Source of the DNA: Auanema rhodensis
Taxonomy: Eukaryota; Animalia; Nematoda
DNA length: 64,000 nucleotides
Direction: 5' to 3'
Assembly (NCBI GenBank): GCA_964057225.1
Contig: OZ059895.1
Span: 5,146,001-5,210,000 of the forward strand
Shown here: positions 54,901-64,000 of the stretch, piece by piece
Layout: every line of letters begins with the position of its first letter
Position numbering within the stretch: the stretch's first letter is position 1
Notes under the pieces: generated by a model
The model's input: the letters and a program-made list of their open reading frames with translations, nothing else
What the model was told of the DNA's origin: nothing
Databases searched by the model: none
Translations under genes and position numbers: made by a program

Positions 54901-57900
54901 ATTACTAGCTCATGTCATATGCATCTACAGCTTTATCCCCTGGATTTGCAGAACTGTGATTTTGATTTAGTTTCTTATGCACACACAATGAAGGTTTAAA
55001 TTTAATAATATGAGAAAACAGAACAGATTATTTTCAGGATATAATATACGAATGGGATGATCAAAATCCTGTTCAAGTAAAAGCTGGTGTTGGTAGCGAT
55101 TTACCAAACTTTCAGCTCACAAACATAACAACGAATAATGATTGCACAAGTCATACAAATACAGGTTCATTGGAATTGAATTCTTAATAAGTTCCACTTT
55201 ATTCAGGTTCATATGCTTGTTTACGAATGCAGCTTTTGCTTCAACGTCAATTCAGGTACACTGATTGCATATTGCATAACTTAATTGTTGATATGTGTGT
55301 TTGCAGTTACTATTTGGTTCAATTGTATGCTCCAACTACAATGATTGTTATTGTATCATGGGTCAGCTTCTGGATTGATATGCATTCAACGGCAGGGCGT
55401 GTTGCTCTTGGAGTTACAACACTGCTTACAATGACAACAATGGTATGTGAAAAATCATTATCAGTCAACATAATCCAAATAAATGGATATTATACTATTA
55501 TACTATTATACTATTCATTACAGCAATCAGCTATAAATGCAAAGTTGCCCCCTGTCAGCTATGTCAAAGTGGTTGATGTATGGTTAGGTGGTTAGCGCTA
55601 ACTTCTTAAGAGAGATAGTACTTAATTCTGCTAATTTCAGCATGCCAAACATTTGTTTTCGGAGCATTAATAGAATACGCCTTTGTGAGCTATCAGGATA
55701 GTAGTCGCCAGACTGAAAAGGCACGGGAACATGCATACCGCAAACAGAGAAAGAAGGCTCAAAAGATGGAGATGGTTGATGCCGAAATATATCAACCACC
55801 ATGTACATGCCATCGTGTAAGTTGTAGTAAGCATTGAATCGTCTAGAAAATTATTTTGAATGACGATTACTTATTCTCAAGAAAGCATATCAACAATTTG
55901 TATTCAGTACAATCCGTCGCAGCTTAGTATTCGTGATCGTGTACGCCAGTATTTTACCAAACCGGACTACTTGCCAGCTAAAATCGACTTTTACGCCAGA
56001 TTCTGCGTGCCATTAGGCTTTGTAGCCTTTAATGTTGCTTACTGGTCCAGCTGCTATATCATGGCCAGCCGTAGCTCACGTTTCCACTAGCCAATTATTC
56101 GGGATAAATGAATAACAAATTAACATACCCACAATTTTAACAAAAAAAGAAGCACTAATTAATTGTTCTTTTGTGGCAACTGTATGTAGTAATAATATTT
56201 CATGTTTAAATAAGAAAAATTATGCGTATCCTTTACACTCATTCGCCTATTGTTCAAAATCGTTCATAATGACAATTAATGTGATCAATATATTTTATAC
56301 AATACTTTATATTTGAAAAACTATTATTCTGCTTATTAATCATGATACAATATCTCTATTTTGTCAACTGGTTATTACAGACCTCATACATACATTTTTT
56401 TTCTAAATATGTCTAGCAAAATCATATTTAGTTAAATTTTGAATTAGTACCGCAGTTAAAAAGCAACAACACCATTAAATATCCTTAAGTCTATTAAGCT
56501 TAACTTATCTGGTATATACAACATGTGCTATTTCCATAACAAAGAAACATCCACAACTCATTATCAAATATATTTAGAATATTTGCTAGAGAATCCCAAA
56601 TAATACGGAATACCATCATTTGGTCGAGATGATCATACAGAAGTGCATATAAAACATAGATACGACTAAGTTTACACTATTATTCTTTCTTATCATGGAA
56701 AGTGTCAGAAAGAAAAGTTTTTCGCACAAAGACACCTATATCAGTTATCGGAATATAAAATAACTTCTTCGTATGATACGTAATACGCGTTGCAACTTTG
56801 CAAATAATTTTGTAATAAATAGATATATAAAAGAAGCGTACTTGCAAATGCCAGCCACACAATCTCGGCACCACCAGAACTCGATAGTCTTCTCCTGTTT
56901 TCGTTCAAAAATAGGAATACGTTCATCTGATGATTCCAAGAGGCGGCAAGTGGTTGACTGAGCCACCTCGATACCACAGTCGGCACAACGGAGAGCTCGT
57001 TTAGATAGCATCGTTGAACATCTGAAATCATTTGCAATATAAGTATAGCATACGATAAGTACAATTTTCATGAAAGAAAGATATTGCACACAAATCAGTT
57101 TTAAAAAATTTCATAAGGATATAATACATCTGCAAATGAATGAAGAGCAAAATCAGATTAAAGATTATTCAGAAAGTAACTCACACTTTTCTAAAAGTTG
57201 TGCAGAAAACATCAATAAATATCAGATAAGATAGTGAAGTGAACAACAACCGCTTAAAACGGAAGAGACAGGAAAATAAACAATTTTTCAAAAAAGTGGA
57301 CAGTTCACGCAAGCGGGCGTCAATCGTTCACGGAAAAAATCAAAAATTATCGATCGTAAATGCTTGATCGGTTATAAATATGCAAATAATCGGCGGAGAT
57401 GATTAGCATTTGATGTGTCACACAATGAGAATCATGATTAAAAAAGTCAAAAAATATAATGATATGTATCATATGTGAGTGTTGAAAAAGAAGAAAGTTT
57501 GAATATAACATGATAAAAAGATAAGTCTGATGTGTGTCTAATTAAAAATTGGGCTTGGAGTAAGTAGAAAATAAAATATTCACAGTGAGAACAGTAATAC
57601 ATTAAACATTTTTTGCAAAAAAAATGAAAGATGGAGAAAATGGTTCCACAGTTGTCGATTTCTATTGTAAAAGGTTTGTCCACAGGAATATGCAGAAATT
57701 AGAGTCGTAGTTGTTATACAGCTAATAAAGAGGAAAAAAGATGGATATGAGGAAAGAACTGTCACTAAAGCGCAAGAATTTAATGAAAAAAAGTAAAAGA
57801 AATCATCTACATAAAATTATCGATAATCAAATCAAAGAAAATGCATGATTTGCCTTTACGGGACTTTTTAACAAAAATCAGGAGAAAAGGACTTAAGAGA

Positions 57901-60900
57901 CATATGGAAACAGGTATGAATAGAAGGACAACGAAAAAGGTGTTGACTGGAAAAAATAATCGAAGTGAGAGAGGATGAGAGATAGTTGAATAAAAGATTT
58001 CAACAGATGAATCCAAAACTGACAATATAATGGTTTTAGACTTCGTCATCAACATGGTCGTTCCCGTTGCAATAATACCCAAGCAAGGGGGGAATGTATT
58101 TGCATTCACCTAAACACCCAACGAAACAGGCAGGATTGGGAAAATCATTTTCACGTTGGTTGATTCATTATTTTTGAAAATAATGAAGAATAAAGTTATA
58201 AGAAAAATGCAGCTGATTCACTCCAGTAAGATAAGTTCAAAACAAAACTGAGTAACAAGAATAATGGTCAAGCAATCATTAAAGAAATGCATCATCATCA
58301 TGGCTTATGTTTTGTTGAAGTCGATAAATTATATTCCATAGCGGAAACAGAAAATCAAACAGAAGAATAAGTAGACGGAATAAATAGATTGGAGTAGGTA
58401 AAAGCGATTCGAAAATAGTTTGAGTGATGTGAATCTGAAATAAGGCTTGAAAGACAAAGAAATAGGATAAACTTCAAAAATTGTACCGACGAAACAAAAA
58501 AATAAATATTTATAGAATTATTTGCTCTTTTTCAGCAGATTCTATTGGATAGATACGAGTCGTTTTATCTTCGATTAATCACAACACGTCAGAAGACAAG
58601 CGGAATAGAGTGTGTATGTGTGCACAGAAGTGGTTGATAAATTCACTAATACTCAAAAAATTTAAGAATATTCTTAGAGAAGACAAGGCTATTGCTTTCC
58701 ATTCATAGTAGGCAGTAATTGTTCGAATTAGATTACAACATGCTGGAGTGGTAATAAATTGGAATAAAAATATGTTTCATCTAAAATACATGAATTCTGG
58801 TAATAGGGAAGATATAAAACAGTTGCAAAAACCATTAGACAAGTAAATAAAACTGAAGAATTAAGATATTGCATAAAACCTTGTACTTAATGTTATACAA
58901 AAGGGAAGAATAAGTATCTAGTGACGAGAACAAATGTATTAGAAATATTGAAAATGAACAGACTTGATGCAAAGAACCTGACTGAAAGCTCTTGCTTAGA
59001 ATAAAGCTAACGCAGTCTTTCCAATTCCGTCAGTCAGGTATCTACGACAATCCGTTGTTTTCCTTAACTGAGGAGATGGAAATAATATTAAAAATCTAGA
59101 GAAACAGAGATAGAGAGAGAGATAGAGAAAGAGAGGTTCTCTGAGATATTCTTTTACCCATCTCTTTTATGCTATTCTAAACTCTCTTACTGTCTATCAA
59201 GCTATTCTCTGTTCTATTCAGTATTTACATAGGCCAGTCAAAGATAGAGGATAAAACAAGAAGGTCGAGGCAAGTGAGGTAAAGTTGATTCAAGTCACAT
59301 ATCTGACCAAACTGTATCTCTAGTCATTATAATAACAAAAACCATTTGAAGAATGTATACAAAACAAGAGAGAAAATAAGAAAGCAGATCAGTGAAGATA
59401 TCCAACAAACGAAGTTAGGTAATTGAGAAGAGTGATAAGCAAAGTAAACCCACAGCATTTATTATAGTAAGTATGACTGCGAGTAAACTCATGAAAACAT
59501 ATGTCATAAGTTAAAGAAGAAAGTTATTTTAAATAGCAGTTTTTGAAAACAAAACTATTACAATATTGCAAAGGAAAGAAGCTATGTTTGAAATTATTTT
59601 ACACAGAAATCAGAGGCTTTTCACTTCCATTCAAGTGTCGCACACATCCTTCAAATGACCGTTTTGAGCACCGACCGAATAGTTGTTCACTACTATGAGA
59701 AAAAAGAAGAGGAATATCATTGCGGAAGAACAAGAGACAGAAAGAGAGAAACATAACGAGTAAAAAACTGAACAATTATGATTGCGAAGCGTGAAAATCT
59801 GATTTATGAAGCTCCACAAAATCAAATATATGTTGAATTGAATATTTAAGCTTTAAAAAGACTCGAACATGAGTGAAATTATGCCAAGAAGGAATTGATG
59901 GATGATCATATCAACTTTCCGACAACAAAAGAAAATAGAGACAAAAAAGCTAGCAAATAAAATATTTTAAAAAGAACTCCATTACATCATAATAAGAAAA
60001 TTGAAGTCATTTGATAGTCAGCATAAGAACATATGCTCATTAATGGTTAAAAGACAGGTGCATGAAACTAGTAAGTAGCTTATGAATTATAATCTGTAGA
60101 AATAAAGTAAAAACGATAAACATGTAAAAAGAAGATGCGGAAAAGGTTTGGCTTCAATCAAGTTTCCTCTTAAATTGAGAAAAAGAATCTCATTTGGAAA
60201 GAACCTTACAAGCTAAACTAACATAGAAGAATAAAAGATAATCGAAGAAAACAGACATAGAATACATATCGAATATAGCTCCTTATATGGTTGAGAGACC
60301 CACTGGTCCTCATGTGGTCTCTCATTCTACATCTATTTTTCTATCTAAGCCTTTTGCTCTCTTAACCATCTGAGGATGACTATGTGGCTATACAAGAAAA
60401 GGTCATGAGGGGTCAGCAGAAAAATAGGAGAGAATAAATTGATGTCTCAGTAGAAAGAGTAGTAAAATCGGGAAAATGATTAAGACATTCTAAAATATTT
60501 TTCAACTTGGCAAGACAGTTCCAAAGAATTAACATTCTAGACTCTCAAGACTCAGCTTGGAGTTTTGCACTATGCAATGGATATCTGTCATCATGCTTTA
60601 TTTCTTCGTCTTTATATCTACCAATCTATCCCTTTCACAATAAGCACACTGGAAATCCTTCATGATGTTCATATATATGAAGCAGCAACGAAGGCGACAG
60701 AATTGACAGGGATTGCGTATTCCCTTCAATTAAATTATCGAATCAACTCAACGCTAAAGCAATGTGTCTAACATGAAATTGACATAGTGGATAAAGTTTC
60801 CGGGTATATCTCTCTCCTTCTGTCATTATGGTAAAGCTATTCATGAGTGAGCACAATCATTCCTCATGATGACCACCATTCATGTCATTTTGAAACTTAA

Positions 60901-61233
60901 CCCATTTGCTTCACCATAGCTTCCGAAGAGAAATAGTAGCCAGAAATAAATTAGTTAACAAACTGTAGTTGTCGCGCTAGGTAAACTCACTAGGTAGAAA
61001 GTAATATTATATATTTTTTAAATTTTTAAGGCACTCAGAAATTTTAAGTACAATTAAATGCAAAGCTCAAAATAAGAAACACCAATATTTGTTGAAAAAA
61101 AAAGCCAATTTTTTAAGAATGATATTAAGTGTTCGCTAACTATAAAATTAAAAAATGAAAGAATATTTGATTTCAACACAATTTCTTCGAAGTTTAAGAA
61201 AATGAGTAATGTAATGATCTGGAGTGAGTTAAA

Positions 61234-61277
<44 letters not shown>

Positions 61278-62452
61278 ACGTGAACGTGTGATGTTATCGA
61301 TAGCAGAAATGGTGTTAATCCGAAACTCAAAGAAAAGAAAATACATTTAAGAAATTTGGAGGTTAAAGAAGAACAACAGCAACGGCATACATTGAAGAAA
61401 CAAGTAACAAAGCCCGAAAGAACGCTAGTTTTGAACGAATAATGGAAATTCGGAAAATGTCGTTACTACTTTATATGTCACAATAGAGAAAAACTATTAG
61501 AAATCTGTCAGATATTGATGAAATCTTGAAATACACGGCGATATGAAAAAAAGGTAATGACTGACAGATAGGAGTGAAGACTGCTAAAAGGACAAGGTAA
61601 GGTTAGCAAGTAGACGAAAGGTTAGCAGTCTTAATAACACAACGAACATCAGATGATTCAAGAGAAAGATGGAAAGGAGAGTCCAAAAAAAATGCTAAGG
61701 GTATATAGAGAGATTTCTATCTAGATTGACAGCTATAAGATGGATGAGAGAAAAGTAGACTGTTAGTAAGAGGACGGTATTAATAAAGGATGATAGATGG
61801 TGAAGAATTGTAGGTTCTAGTGAAAAAATAACTTTGAAGTATTAAAAACCTAGTTCAAGGATGGTATTTGACGGGCAGATAACATTTTGGAAAAATACTT
61901 CATTTTCTTCTTCAAACTAAGGAATTACTGCTATTCGCACAGATTCATTCTTAGAAAATATAGATACTTCAAAAATAAAAATAAAAAGTAAACTTAAAAA
62001 ACCTCCCAAGTAAAATAGAATATTAAAATTAAAACGGGAAACACGAAACACGAAAAGTTCGGCTATATGCGTGAGGTAAATAGGGAAAATGATTTTTAAT
62101 TCAAAAATGCTCAAGAGCGGTTGTTTTTCAATAAAACCTTCAGGTTTTCTAGATAAAAACGACAATAAGTGTATGAAGAATAGGATAAACGTAAAAAAAA
62201 CTATTATGCAAGCCAAGACCAACTGTGGTGTAGAGGAACTGCAGCGTTTACCGCAGAATGAAAGAGAACGGAAGGAGGTCGTAGACGTTGCTATCCTCTT
62301 CATCGTGGACGTCAACGTCAAGACCGACACAGCGATATGCCCGTTGTCTATTAGAGAAGAGATCAAGCAGCGACGACACCCGATGAAACCTCCGAAAAAT
62401 GACGGAACGGGGACGATTAAAACCTATCAGACAAGAAACGATAATCCAACGC
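39587..62452 (-). CDS. B-box zinc finger / coiled-coil / NHL-like beta-propeller protein (TRIM-NHL-like architecture); 5' end unresolved
   Basis: Exon 57021-56842 ends ...[13 protein letters not shown] (phase 2) and joins the exon starting at 44710, [11 protein letters not shown], rebuilding a B-box. A helical segment, a Ser-rich linker and propeller-like repeats follow ([53 protein letters not shown]). Stop at 39587. Exon 62452-62252 joins in frame upstream but is tentative; the first certain ATG is 57011. Confidence 0.75.
47368..48084 (+). CDS. Candidate 74-aa small protein, 3 exons (47368-47453, 47552-47627, 48022-48084), inside the large intron
   Basis: Phases are compatible, giving [11 protein letters not shown]...RPNSK|[20 protein letters not shown], and the exons are locally GC-richer, but the splice sites are weak. 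Confidence 0.2.
54148..56090 (+). CDS. glc-2: Glutamate-gated chloride channel beta subunit (GluCl-beta), Cys-loop receptor, ~10 exons
   Basis: Signal peptide [21 protein letters not shown]; [23 protein letters not shown]; Cys loop [16 protein letters not shown]; loop [13 protein letters not shown]; M2 [19 protein letters not shown]; M3 [19 protein letters not shown]; [10 protein letters not shown] before M4. Confidence 0.93.
61238..61274. repeat. (GA)n microsatellite
   Basis: Directly visible. Confidence 0.9.
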
Positions 62453-64000
62453 CTATAAGGATTTGTTGTATAAAAATTGAAAAAATCCCGAAATGTAGTA
62501 TTAAACTTACTATTGCATTACTTTAGCAAGCTTATACCCCTAAATTCGGACGATGCATATGTCATAAGGAGCAAAACGGAGAACATTGAAAAAAAAGAAA
62601 AAAAGCCTTTGAACCTAACTTTTCAAAAAAAGGTAGCTCTTTTTGGTCATGGATAAAATAGAAAAATTTAATTACCTTTACTAACAATAAGTTTTGTATA
62701 GATGCTTAGTAATAACATAAGATCAAAAGGCATATGAAACTAAAAAGACAACCATTTTTCAAAAAATTGCTCGAGTTTCTTGAAATTTCATGAATTATGA
62801 TCTAAAAAATCGTTTTTTTTTTCATAATCATGGTGGAAAACGGTATAGAAATGGTATTTAACTATGCATAAAGGCTAATAGAATAAAGAATACTCTCATT
62901 CATCACTATTCAACATCTTCCCTTTTTATCAGTATAATAACAGGCTTTAGTTAACATTTAGAAAATTCAAAGAAAAAATGAAAGGTTAATAACAAAACAC
63001 CTATACTACTGACAGATATGTGATAAGCCAAAGGTTGGGATCGAGGTATTCAGAATCCAAGGATCCATAGACCAATGCATAATTCATTGGATGGCTATTC
63101 AAGTGATCGTAAAAGTGATGGAACGATTATCGATTTAAGTTTGTGAAGACGAGAAAAACGTGCTTATTTGGCTGGATATGGTTTCAAAAGAATAGCCGTA
63201 GTATATAGGTGAACATGTGTTCACATAAATGAGTGAAAAGAAAGAAGCAAAAAGAGTAAACGTAAATTCAATTTAAAAAAGAAAAATAGTATACGAACAG
63301 TTTCAATATAATTTCAATAATACGTAAAAAGAGCAAGAACAAAAACAAAACGAACTCAAAATAAAATAAGAAGATCGAACATTATTTGCTAACGGTGATC
63401 GAAGAACATCTAGTTTAAAGAAAAAGTACGACATTATCGAAAACCCAGTTTCAATGACTTCAACTATAACTCAAATGAAACAAAAAAGATCAACCCACCA
63501 AATATTTAGTGCCTAGTTCACTTAATATATATATATATGCATGTATTTACTTATTGGTAACCGGGACGGGGGAATAAGAAGAAAGGCAAGAAAGAAAGAA
63601 AAGTATACCTCCAGAAAAAGCCATTAAGCTAGAAATAAACGACGAAGCGTGCAAGGCCAGCACCCAGTAGAATCTCTCGTGTCGCTGCCGTGCATGTTAA
63701 TTATGATCAGACAACGTATGGCAAATAAATGAAGGCAATCGACGGAGCGTTCAAAATTTCAGTACTTGGGAGCAAAGAGAACGGAGAGGAGGGTCAAGCA
63801 AAACGAAAAAATGAAAATCCTAGAAATGATTCATGCAATGGCAGGCAAGTCTATCATACGTCCATCTGTCCAAGTAGAGGCATGATTGAACACAACTAAA
63901 GAGTAGAAGAATTGAACAAACTCGGAGACTCGTGTCCAGAGCCTTGAAAATATTTGGAAACCACGAAAAATGACAAAAGAGAAGCCATAAGAACTTTGCA

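Noticed and set aside
61917-62526. 149-aa (-) and 145-aa (+) ORFs
   Set aside because: Better explained as shadows of exon 62452-62252 in another minus frame, which splices in frame to 57021.

Overview
Eukaryotic, AT-rich, intron-dense genomic DNA. It is almost certainly a nematode (TTTCAG acceptors, ~45-70 nt introns, GluCl-beta, C. elegans-type tRNA-Ala); clade V is an inference. Bases 1-22 kb are gene-poor, very AT-rich and full of (GA)n/(CT)n microsatellites, with one tRNA-Ala(AGC) and candidate alternative first exons of a minus-strand gene lying off the left edge. Bases 22.6-62.5 kb are gene-dense. Hand splicing gives: a probably inactive NDP-kinase-fold protein (+); a MADF/BESS-type transcription factor (+) behind a CpG-rich GAC-repeat promoter; a co-directional minus-strand run (B-box/beta-propeller gene, nmd-3, ltv-1, carboxypeptidase D) that looks operon-like; and glc-2 nested antisense in a 12.1-kb intron of the B-box gene. 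The most unusual items are a tRNA-Val-derived Pol III unit with a rebuilt closing stem inside a carboxypeptidase D intron, the pseudo-NDPK, and the nested glc-2. Most ORF-track entries are spurious or single-exon fragments. All gene models and family calls come from manual reading and recalled motifs, not database searches.
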